In this document: piece by piece, positions 13,906 to 22,339 of the stretch
Position numbering within the stretch: position 1 is the first letter of the stretch
Layout of the letters: the number at the start of each line of letters is the position of its first letter
From: Prorocentrum cordatum
Taxonomy: Eukaryota
Assembly (NCBI GenBank): GCA_963575745.1
Contig: CAUYUJ010000098.1
Location: 62,001-118,276, forward strand
Length of the DNA stretch: 56,276 nt
Direction of reading: 5' to 3'
Notes under the pieces: model-generated
Seen by the model: only the letters and a program-made list of their open reading frames with translations
The model's database searches: none
What the model was told of the DNA's origin: nothing
Program-made: the position numbers and the translations under genes

Positions 13906-14902
13906 GTCCGCCTTCTCCGGCACAGAAAGGAGCACCAGTAGAGGCCCCCTCCCCGGCTCTCTGTCCGGCGCCAGAAGGGGGGGGGGTCGGAAATCTAGCC
14001 CCCCCTTTGAAGAGTGGGGGGGGGGTCCGACCCCCCCCCCTTTTCAATTACAGGGTGATCAGGTGGCGTGCTTTACATATTCTTGCCTATTTTCGAGTAT
14101 CCCTCCTGCAGAAGGACATGCCCGACTTAGCTCTTACCACTTCCCCTGGCACCAGGGTGGCTAAAAAGTTAAACTACATAACCAGACGCAGACGCAATAG
14201 AAGTCCGAGCTCCAGATTCCAGCCCCCCTTGGCTCAATCAACAGGAAGGAATCGGAGAATGAGGAATTAATCAACGATGTGTGGCTGTCCGCTCCCTGTC
14301 TTCGTCTCCAGCGCCCCTGTGGAGAGAATGTCTCGAGCTTTGTGAGGGTGGACTGGGCTTCCTTATTATCCTCCTCCTCCTTCTTTTCCCTCCTGCTCTT
14401 CGGCGTCTCCACCAGCCCCCCGGCGACATTGTAATGGGGACGTGCACTTAGCAACCCTTTGTTAAGAACAAGGCGACCTGCTCGGAGCATCACTGAAAGC
14501 GTCGGAGGCTATGATGAATGAGGCGCACTGGCGACAACAACGGGCACGTTTGCCCACAATCATCTCCCTTTGAAGGAGGCCCATCAGGAGGATTGGAGAG
14601 CGGCGTGCTCGCTCGTCACGCCCCGCGCCACCAGAGATCGGCACCATTCCTGACAACCTCATCTCGGGTGTCTCTCCCCTCCCCTTGTGAACGCATGAGC
14701 AGATCTAGCCCGAGCTCCAGCCCGCCCCCAGACACAGCTTCAGAACATGCGTGGGAAAACATAGTACCCGAGCATCGGACTCTCAATGGTTCTCTCTCCG
14801 TAGGGGCACGAGGTCGAACCCGTGTTTCGACCCAGTGACTGTGCCCAGGACAACTTGAAGCCTTCGCGCTTGAAACATGTCTTCCTACCGCTATGACAAA
14901 AT

Positions 14903-15127
14903 ATTCCAATCATAAGGGCGTGGCCACCCCATGGGGTCTGCGGAAACAGCGACAGCGCACAGATTAAACCGAGAGACGAGGGGTCATCAACCTTTTTCAT
15001 CCGGCAAGCGCCGTGGGACACACGGTGGTACTCTAAAAACTCGAGCCGTGGAAGTGGAACAACTTCTGCGGCTAAGTGCAATCACCAAAAATTGCCACAC
15101 ACACACACACACACAGTACATTTGCGT
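14903..15127 (-). repeat. Split direct repeat B2 (3' end of element)
   Basis: 225-bp copy of B1, separated from A2 by 25 bp. Confidence 0.95.
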
Positions 15128-15152
15128 GGTGTGTGGGGGACGGTGGGTGGGG

Positions 15153-15285
15153 GCTTGAGCAGGAGCGGTTTCGGAGCAGAGGGGGAGAGCAGCAGCAGGA
15201 GCAGCGAACGAGACGGACGCGGCTCCACTGCTCAGAAACTCCCGAGGCCACTCGCACTTAGGAAAACGAGTCAGAGACAAATCAT
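15153..15285 (-). repeat. Split direct repeat A2 (B1/A2 junction = predicted circle junction)
   Basis: 133-bp copy of A1 abutting B1 with a shared AT. Confidence 0.95.
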
Positions 15286-15506
15286 TCCTATCATAAGGGC
15301 GTGGCCACCCCATGGGGTCTGCGGAAACAGCGACAGCGCACAGATTAAACCGAGAGACGAGGGGTCATCAACCTTTTTCATCAGGCAAGCGCCGTGGGAC
15401 ACACGGTGGTACTCTAAAAACTCGAGCCGTGGAAGTGGAACAACTTCTGCGGCTAAGTGCAATCACCAAAAATTGCCACACACACACACACACAATACAT
15501 TTGCGT
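15284..15506 (-). repeat. Split direct repeat B1
   Basis: Matches 14903-15127 with 3 substitutions and one CA-unit indel. Confidence 0.95.
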
Positions 15507-15597
15507 CCCATCCCCATCGTCAAATGCCCTTCGGGAGGGCGGGTGGGTATAAATCATTATCACTGTATAGGTCCGAGGCTGGGGCGAAGAGACAAGA

Positions 15598-16959
15598 CTA
15601 GTTGGCGCACGCGCGCCTGAGGATGTCACGAACTGTCGAGTCAGTAAAACGGGCAGCTGACGAGATTTGCAGTTCAGTGAGCTTCGACCTCTGACGAAGG
15701 GCAGACCCGTGCTTTTCATATATACGAACACTCTCTCGGGCGCGCCAGCGCCCGCGCTGCTGGATGGCCTCGATCGGTCGGATTTTGTTCAGAGCGTCGT
15801 GCGAGGGCCCTCCGTGGCGCAACTGGTGAGGAACTGACAGGAGATCACCAACTCCTGCTGAGTGGGCGGCCTGCTTCAAAGTCTTTTCAAACAGAGGAAG
15901 GGAAAGAGGGTGGAACAGAGTCGGCAGCTTCTGACGTCTGGCACGGGCTCGCAGCCTAGAGAGAATCTCGGGAACGACTCGGCGAACGGGCAGGTCAGTG
16001 CCGGCCTTCACCGTGCAGTCGAAATCTTTGTTCTTGGCTGGCTTGTCGTCGCCTAGCGGTGCTACGACGACGGTAATGTCAGAAGCCCTGCCTGACGTAC
16101 GAGAGCCGAAGACGTGCTCTGGCTTGATGGCGAGCAGCTCGCCTGGCCGGAAGTACATGTCGAACCCGGTCACGGAGGCCAGGCACGCCAGCAGGTCGGA
16201 CGTGGTCCCGTTGTCGAGCACGGCACAGGTCAGTTGGACGGCCTCGAACGGGGGCGGCTCTCGCGGCGTAGCCGGCAGTTTTGCCGCCCAACCAGTCAGA
16301 GCATCTTTGGCCTTATGGAAGCGAGGTCGGCTAGCAGACCATCCTCGAACTTTGCAGAGCCCATACAACGCGTTTCGAGCCAGGTACTGGGGCTCACCAG
16401 CAAAGAACAAGTCTTCGAAGTACAAGTTGAGCGTCTCGTCTGCCAGCTCCGGCGTGGTCAGCAGCAGGCCCCGGCGATTGGCGTAGTCGGTCAGCTCGAT
16501 CACGGCGGACGTGTAGCTGTCGACCGTGGCTGGCCGCAGCGAGGCCAGGCGGAGGTACTCTCCAGGGGCGGCCTGTCGCTGACTAGCAGCGACGTCTCCG
16601 CGCGCGGCAGCCTGCGCTCGGCGGCGCCGGGCGGCCACGGCCACTGGACGAGGGACAGGGTCACGTTGGCTCCGGCCTGCACGCCTGGGCGTCAGCACGG
16701 CTGAGTCGGCGCCTGCCTCGACGTCTGCCTCGCGGGCGTCGACGCCAGTCGTTGCCCGCGGCTGCCAGTGCGACCGCGGCTGCGCCGGCGCTGGTGCAAC
16801 CGCCACGTCAGCGGCTGCGCGGGCGCGGGTCGAGCGCGGTGGCCCACCCTGGCCTCCAGGGGAGCCGAAAGCGCTGCGGGCAGATCGGCGCCGTGACTCC
16901 GCGGGGCTCGGCGACCCCGGCCGCGCTTGCCAGCGCGTGAGCCCGAGCCTGGAGGTCAT
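15598..16959 (-). CDS. Tyrosine recombinase (C-terminal part of the 15598-21693 frame; start codon uncertain, nearest upstream in-frame ATG is 16959)
   Basis: Catalytic motifs FRPGEL, KNK, PHQLRHGG, RGRW, VRIY, with an N-terminal core-binding-like region (RPATVDSY...). Confidence 0.92.
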   Translation of the reverse strand: MTSRLGLTRWQARPGSPSPAESRRRSARSAFGSPGGQGGPPRSTRARAAADVAVAPAPAQPRSHWQPRATTGVDAREADVEAGADSAVLTPRRAGRSQRDPVPRPVAVAARRRRAQAAARGDVAASQRQAAPGEYLRLASLRPATVDSYTSAVIELTDYANRRGLLLTTPELADETLNLYFEDLFFAGEPQYLARNALYGLCKVRGWSASRPRFHKAKDALTGWAAKLPATPREPPPFEAVQLTCAVLDNGTTSDLLACLASVTGFDMYFRPGELLAIKPEHVFGSRTSGRASDITVVVAPLGDDKPAKNKDFDCTVKAGTDLPVRRVVPEILSRLRARARRQKLPTLFHPLSLPLFEKTLKQAAHSAGVGDLLSVPHQLRHGGPSHDALNKIRPIEAIQQRGRWRARESVRIYEKHGSALRQRSKLTELQISSAARFTDSTVRDILRRACAN

Positions 16960-19900
16960 CCTGGGTCGAGCGCCCGAAAGCACTCTGAGGGGCGTCTGGG
17001 CCGGCCAACGAGACCAGCAGGCGGCACCAGCTGGGTAGGTAAGCACCGGCCAGAGTCGTACGCCACGTCCAGCCTCGCGTCGGATGCCGGACCTTGCCCT
17101 GCAGCTCGACCCTGTGGCGGCAAGCGCAACAGCAGCGCAGTGCAAGATGACCCAGCCCGGGAAGGCTCCCGGCGATCGCACCTGGCTTCTTGAAGGGCGC
17201 GCCGAACCTGCACGAGTCGAACAGCACCTTCGGCCAGGCAAGGCGCTGCAGCTCGCGCTGCAACGCGGGCCACTTCCAGACTCGGCTCGCAGGCGGGTTC
17301 TCGAAAGTGACGAAGATCCCCAGGGTCCGGCAGAGTCGCAAGACACGGACTGTGAACGCCACGAGCGTGCGGCCCGCCGGCGATGGATCGCGCGTGCCCC
17401 CGACGGGCACCCACCTCGTGCAGGGCAGGCCCAGGTGGACCCACCAGACTTCTCCCGATTTGAGCCAATGTTCAACGAGATGCTGGACACGGCGGCTTGT
17501 GAGGTCACAGTGGGGCCCATACTTGGAGTCCATCGGGGGCATGATCCGAAAACCTCGCTCATGCAACGCACCACTGAGATTTGCAGTGCCCGCGAAGATC
17601 TCGAGGAAGGCTTTACGAGGGGGACCCCGTCGAGGAACTTCAGGAGGCCGAGGGCGCTTAGCCAGTGCCCGTTGAGGCTCTTCGTGTGGCCTGAGGTGTA
17701 CAGGTGGGCCCTGTTGTAGAACTGCAGGAGGCCGAGGGCGCCCAGGAGGGTCCTGTTGAGGATCTTCGCGTGCCCCAAGGTGTACATGTGGGCCCCGTAG
17801 AGGAACTCCAGGAGGCTCGAGTGCAACAGGGAGGCTTCGAACATGCTCAGGTCGATCTCGTCGGGGTCGCTCGTTGGGGCGTACTTTCGAGACTTCATCT
17901 TGATGCCTTTTACTCTGGAAAGAAGAGGAATGCGTGGCAGAGGAAGGCTGAGGTGACGGAGGTGACGGAATGCAACGGTCTCTTTCGGTGTTTTCAGGCC
18001 CCAGCAACTCGGCCTGCTCTCGTCCGATCTCAAACTCGGTAGCCGTGGTCGGCGAGGCCTTGGCCCTGCCCGCGGCTGGCGGGACCACGGGAATTCGGCG
18101 GCTGCCGCTGGTGGGCGCCGACAGGGCGCCTCGTCCGCGGTAGCGTCCGGGGAGGAGCTCACCCCGGTCAGCCGCCCGGCTCCCGTGGTCCGCGACGTTG
18201 TAGATGCCAGGCACGTGCCTCGGCCGCCAGCGGATCTCGCACCCGAAGCAGACGGCCGCAGCCCGGCGGCACTGCGCCAGGAGCTCAAAATTGGTGGCCC
18301 TGCCCTTCTCAAAGGCGAGGACCGACGACATGTTGTCGCACAGGCTGAGGATCTCCTTCCCGTGGAAGTTGACGTCGCCTGCCGCTCTCCATAGCGGTGC
18401 GACGGCGGCGCGCGCCTCGAGGGCGTGGATACGCCCTGGCCGGCGCCACGCGCCACGGCGGCGCTCCACCCAGCGGCCAGCGTCCAGCAGAGCGTCCGCC
18501 AACGGCTCGGGCGGGACCCCGATCTCCAGCTCGACCCGGCGCCTCTTGGCCACGGCGTGCCGCAGCCGGGGCGGCAGCTCGACGGGCAGTGGCCCGGAGA
18601 TGTCGCAGAAGCCGGCGGCCCGCCCCTCGTACTGCTCGTCGTCGGGTGCGACCTCGGGCTCGGTGGCGACGAACCGCTGGCGCTCCCGCCATCTGGTGGC
18701 CGCCGGCACCTCCCAGGGCTCCAGTCGGGCTTCGCAGACGGCGTAGCCTCGCAGCGAGCTGTCGGTCGTGAAGGCGACGTCGGACGGCACGCGGCACAGG
18801 TCCACTTCGCCGAGGAAGACGAGGCCTGCAGCAACTGCGAGCTCACCGAGAACATCTCCAGGCAAGCGCACGACAGGGGGCAGATCGCCGTCTCCGATGA
18901 ACGTGTAGCAGGCCCCCAGCACGCTGAGCCCGGGGCGCACGACGGAGAAGTAGTGCACCAGATGGCCGACGATTCGCCGCAGCTGCCAGCGGGCGAGCCA
19001 TGGCGTCCGAAGCACGTGGTGCAGAGCCAGGTAGAGCCTCCAGGCGCGCTTGGCGGTATGCCTGAGTCGGCCCTCGCGCCCGTCGAGCACCAGCCCCAAG
19101 ATGACAAGGCCGGGCTGCGCGCGCTCGAGCTCGTGCCAGCGAAGCCCACGGCGGTCCAGTTCAGCAGTGAGCTTGTCCAGCCGGTCGTTGAGTGCCGGCG
19201 CGCTGAGCGACACAAGATTCCCGTTGTCGACGTACGGCGCCCTGACGACAGCCTGTCCGACGAGGGTCGGCGCACGGGCTTTGTCAAGGCACCAGCCGTC
19301 GCCTGGGAGGCCCGCCTCGACCATCGCGTCGACGAGAACCTCGTGGCAGATCCAGAGCGCCCAGCTCCAGCCCATGGGCAGCGCCGCGAAGCAGGGCCAG
19401 ATGACGTCGTCGCCTGATACGGCCACGCGGCGCCCGAGCTTCTCGTCGTAGATCGAGTCGAGCCCGAGCTCGTCAGCGGTGACCTCCACGTCGAAGCACA
19501 TCCAGCTGCCCCACGAGGGGTCGGCGAACTGGTAGAACCCGTCCATGAGGTCCACGGAGCCTGCGCAGAGCGACTCGTAGCAGCCGTCGAAATCCGCCAA
19601 GTCCTCGGGGCTCGCGCCGACGGCGTCGAGCAAGTTGATCGAGCCCAGCGCCTCACCGGATGCAAGCGCAGTCCGAGGGGGAAGCTTGTGCAGCTGGTTG
19701 GGCTGGCGAGCGTCCACGACCATGCGGATGTCGCCGTTCTTCTTGGCGACGAAGAAGGTACTGACGCACGCCTTCCGACGCGCCCGGCCACCCACCAGGC
19801 CCCGTGCAGCGAGTCGTCGAAGGAAGTCGACCAGACGTGGCCGGTTCCGAGGGTCGCGCGGGTTGAGGAGAGGGTCCCAGTACGGCTCCACGATGACCTC

Positions 19901-20545
19901 GTCCTCGGGGATGTTCGGCGCGGGGCGAACGACGTCCGAGTCGAAGTGGTCCAGCGCCTCGGTGACGTGCCGAGGGGCGACGTCTCGAAGCTGACGAGGC
20001 CGGTCATGTGGCGCACGTCGTAACACATTGAGCTTGTCAGCATCATAGTCGCGGCGAGTAGAAGCCTCGCCCATGTTCGAGTACAGATCCTTGCGCTTGA
20101 GGAGCTCCTGCAGGGCTCCAGCACAGTCCATGTCTTTCGGTCGGACGCCGAACCCGCGGATACAACGTCGGACTCGCTTGATGACCGACTCCTGGGCGGT
20201 AGTCGGCCGATGCTTGCCGGGCGCTCGAGGCTCGAGACGCCCCCCAGCCCGCGCGCCTGCCAGCGCGTTGAGCGCGCCCAGAGTCTCGAGAGACCTGCGA
20301 TCACGGTCGTCAGCACGAGCAGCACGCTGGGCCAGATACCGAGGCAGAGCGGCACGTTCTCCACGATGAGGGTGGCGATAGAACTCGTCGCCCTGCGGCA
20401 GAGGAAACAAAACTGTGGACGAAGTCCGACCCTCGGAGGAGACCCCCTCGGAGAGCAGCCCGGCCCGACTCGCATTCGCGGCTGCGGAGTCAGGGCCAGG
20501 CCCAGTGAGGCCGGGCGGAGTGCCCAGCCATGATGGCGCCGACAT
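16808..20545 (-). CDS. Pol: reverse transcriptase + RNase H + C5-cytosine DNA methyltransferase-like domain (1245 aa)
   Basis: RT: FFVAKKNGDIRMVVDAR, DLMDGFYQ, LPMGWSW, YVDN, ILG. RNase H: TDSS, LEARA, CDN, NVAD. MTase (about 17000-17617): LEIFAG, GLPC, ENP, DSCRFGAPFKKP. Confidence 0.93.
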   Translation of the reverse strand: MSAPSWLGTPPGLTGPGPDSAAANASRAGLLSEGVSSEGRTSSTVLFPLPQGDEFYRHPHRGERAALPRYLAQRAARADDRDRRSLETLGALNALAGARAGGRLEPRAPGKHRPTTAQESVIKRVRRCIRGFGVRPKDMDCAGALQELLKRKDLYSNMGEASTRRDYDADKLNVLRRAPHDRPRQLRDVAPRHVTEALDHFDSDVVRPAPNIPEDEVIVEPYWDPLLNPRDPRNRPRLVDFLRRLAARGLVGGRARRKACVSTFFVAKKNGDIRMVVDARQPNQLHKLPPRTALASGEALGSINLLDAVGASPEDLADFDGCYESLCAGSVDLMDGFYQFADPSWGSWMCFDVEVTADELGLDSIYDEKLGRRVAVSGDDVIWPCFAALPMGWSWALWICHEVLVDAMVEAGLPGDGWCLDKARAPTLVGQAVVRAPYVDNGNLVSLSAPALNDRLDKLTAELDRRGLRWHELERAQPGLVILGLVLDGREGRLRHTAKRAWRLYLALHHVLRTPWLARWQLRRIVGHLVHYFSVVRPGLSVLGACYTFIGDGDLPPVVRLPGDVLGELAVAAGLVFLGEVDLCRVPSDVAFTTDSSLRGYAVCEARLEPWEVPAATRWRERQRFVATEPEVAPDDEQYEGRAAGFCDISGPLPVELPPRLRHAVAKRRRVELEIGVPPEPLADALLDAGRWVERRRGAWRRPGRIHALEARAAVAPLWRAAGDVNFHGKEILSLCDNMSSVLAFEKGRATNFELLAQCRRAAAVCFGCEIRWRPRHVPGIYNVADHGSRAADRGELLPGRYRGRGALSAPTSGSRRIPVVPPAAGRAKASPTTATEFEIGREQAELLGPENTERDRCIPSPPSPQPSSATHSSSFQSKRHQDEVSKVRPNERPRRDRPEHVRSLPVALEPPGVPLRGPHVHLGAREDPQQDPPGRPRPPAVLQQGPPVHLRPHEEPQRALAKRPRPPEVPRRGPPRKAFLEIFAGTANLSGALHERGFRIMPPMDSKYGPHCDLTSRRVQHLVEHWLKSGEVWWVHLGLPCTRWVPVGGTRDPSPAGRTLVAFTVRVLRLCRTLGIFVTFENPPASRVWKWPALQRELQRLAWPKVLFDSCRFGAPFKKPGAIAGSLPGLGHLALRCCCACRHRVELQGKVRHPTRGWTWRTTLAGAYLPSWCRLLVSLAGPDAPQSAFGRSTQDDLQARAHALASAAGVAEPRGVTAPICPQRFRLPWRPGWATALDPRPRSR

Positions 20546-20552
20546 GGCGCCG

Positions 20553-21740
20553 TCAACCCTGATCTTTCGCGGCGGCCTTGGGCTTCGGCTTCGCCTTGCC
20601 CTTCGGATCCGCCCCGGGGCCCCTCTCCCTGTCGTCGCCCTGCCTCTCGTACTTCTTCGCCTCCGACTCCTGCTCCTCCCGGTACATCCGCTCCTGCTTC
20701 AGAATGATGCCCTGCGACTTCTGCTCCTCGGCCACGAACGCGTCGAACTTGGACGTCACGACGCCTCCGCTCTCGTCCAAAGAGCTGCTCAACATCAAGC
20801 CGAGGCCCTCGAAACTCGGGTGGCGCGGGCACCTCTTCACAGCCCGCTGGATCTGCAGCACTCGGCGTCCCAGGAGCTCCAGAGACGCCAGGTTTGACGG
20901 GTCCACGAGGTCGTACGTCACGGCGTGGTGCAGCTGGTTCAGCGCGTGCCGCACCTCCTGGGCCACCGCGGCGTTCCGCGACACCCCCGACTCCGAGGCC
21001 CAGTACCCCCAGTAGGACGTGAGGGTCAGCCCGGTGGCGAGGATGGCGGCCAGCAGCTCGGGCAGGGCCTTCGGCCCCCGAAAGGGCCAGTCGTCGAAGT
21101 CGACCGCGTTCATCTTCGCGATCGCCTCCCCGAGCGTCACCTGGGCCCCGCGACCCCGCCGCGCCAGCGGGAGGATCCGCGGGTCGCGTCCCGGGCCTCG
21201 GCGCTTCTCGGCGCGCCAGTCCTCCTCGTCGGCCTGCTGCACGTTCTCGACCGAGACCCAGCCCTCCTCCTCGCTGAGCATCGCGATGCCCACCGCGTCG
21301 CGGCTGATCAGCCGCTCCGGGTTCCCGATGAGGTGGAGGTCCAGCTCGCGCCCGAACTCGGGCGAGCCTGGGTCCGAGACGATCCAGCGCGGCACGACGC
21401 CGCCAGCAGTCCCAGCTGGGGCCGAGACGCCCATGACCAGGGCGAGGCCCCGCGCCTCCACCCGCAGCGCCTCGATGTCCTCGTCCGACTGGTCGCCGAA
21501 CGCGTAGACCTGCCCACGAACCCGCACCGGGAACGCGGACCCCCGACGCAGGGGGACGACCAGGTGCTTGCTGAGGTCCAGCGTCAGCACCTCGCCGTCG
21601 GGGGTCGCCGCCACCCAGATGCCAGGGCTGAGCTGCTCGAGGAGCACCCTGTGGTGCCACCGGAAGTTGTCGTCGTCGTCGTAGTTCACGCACACCTGCG
21701 CCTCGGGCACGTCGAGCGTCCGCATCGCCGCCGCCGCCAT
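20553..21740 (-). CDS. Gag-like ORF1 of YR retrotransposon (395 aa)
   Basis: Position upstream of pol; clean GC3-biased ORF; helical C-terminal half with charged/basic tail; assignment is positional. Confidence 0.75.
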   Translation of the reverse strand: MAAAAMRTLDVPEAQVCVNYDDDDNFRWHHRVLLEQLSPGIWVAATPDGEVLTLDLSKHLVVPLRRGSAFPVRVRGQVYAFGDQSDEDIEALRVEARGLALVMGVSAPAGTAGGVVPRWIVSDPGSPEFGRELDLHLIGNPERLISRDAVGIAMLSEEEGWVSVENVQQADEEDWRAEKRRGPGRDPRILPLARRGRGAQVTLGEAIAKMNAVDFDDWPFRGPKALPELLAAILATGLTLTSYWGYWASESGVSRNAAVAQEVRHALNQLHHAVTYDLVDPSNLASLELLGRRVLQIQRAVKRCPRHPSFEGLGLMLSSSLDESGGVVTSKFDAFVAEEQKSQGIILKQERMYREEQESEAKKYERQGDDRERGPGADPKGKAKPKPKAAAKDQG

Positions 21741-21763
21741 CTGGCGAACCGCCGACGATCAGG

Positions 21764-22177
21764 CTACGCTCGCACCGCCCGAAAGCGGCGCTGCGCGCCG
21801 CCGTCCTGGCCCGCTCCGTCGTCCTCGACGAGCAGGGTCACGGGCGCCGCGCCCTCGCGCCGCGGCGGGTCGGTTCCGCCGACGAAGAGCGAGGCGACTC
21901 GGGCGGCCCAGCCCAGCGTCACGCGGAGGCTGCCACCAGCCGCGAGCCCAGCGCCCAGGGCGGCAAGGACCGCCCACCAGCCTGGCCCGGACCCGCAGGT
22001 CAGACTGCAGTCCGGGCAGCTCGGGCAGCCCGGGCAGGGGGCGGCGGCCGCCGCCGGAGGGCACGCGGGGCAGGCCCCGCACGTCACGCGGGCCTCTGGG
22101 CAGGCGGGACAGCGCGAGAGCCACGCGGTCGCGATGGAGGCCGCCCACGGGCCGGCTGCGGCCCACGGCACCACCAT
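21764..22177 (-). CDS. ORF0 of YR retrotransposon: 137-aa Cys-rich (CPxCP) protein with hydrophobic segments, function unknown
   Basis: ATG 30 nt inside A1; GC3-rich codons; MVVPWAAAGPWAASIATAWL - CPACP/CGACPACP/CPGCPSCPDC - WWAVLAALGAGLAAGG; ends 24 nt before the Gag ATG. Confidence 0.65.
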   Translation of the reverse strand: MVVPWAAAGPWAASIATAWLSRCPACPEARVTCGACPACPPAAAAAPCPGCPSCPDCSLTCGSGPGWWAVLAALGAGLAAGGSLRVTLGWAARVASLFVGGTDPPRREGAAPVTLLVEDDGAGQDGGAQRRFRAVRA

Positions 22178-22206
22178 GCACTGCCGGGGGCCCCTCGATT
22201 GATAGA

Positions 22207-22339
22207 GCTTGAGCAGGAGCGGTTTCGGAGCAGAGGGAGAGAGCAGCAGCAGGAGCAGCGAACGAGACGGACGCGGCTCCACTGCTCAGAAACTCCCGAG
22301 GCCACTCGCACTTAGGAAAACGAGTCAGAGACAAATCAT
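22207..22339 (-). repeat. Split direct repeat A1 (5' end of element)
   Basis: 133 bp, one substitution versus 15153-15285. Confidence 0.95.

Larger units (their letters stand above)
14903..22339 (-). mobile_element. Full-length tyrosine-recombinase (DIRS-order, PAT/Ngaro-type) retrotransposon carrying a cytosine methyltransferase domain
   Basis: Split direct repeats A1..B1-A2-B2; uninterrupted ORFs for Gag-like, RT-RNaseH-MTase and YR; no integrase and no classical TSD. Confidence 0.95.

Noticed and set aside
14903..15506. B repeats as ordinary LTRs or an assembly duplication
   Set aside because: The A1...B1-A2-B2 arrangement together with a YR and no integrase fits split direct repeats
18425..22202. 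Plus-strand ORFs antisense to pol and gag (e.g. 18425-19417, 20925-22202)
   Set aside because: Expected shadow ORFs of GC3-rich coding sequence
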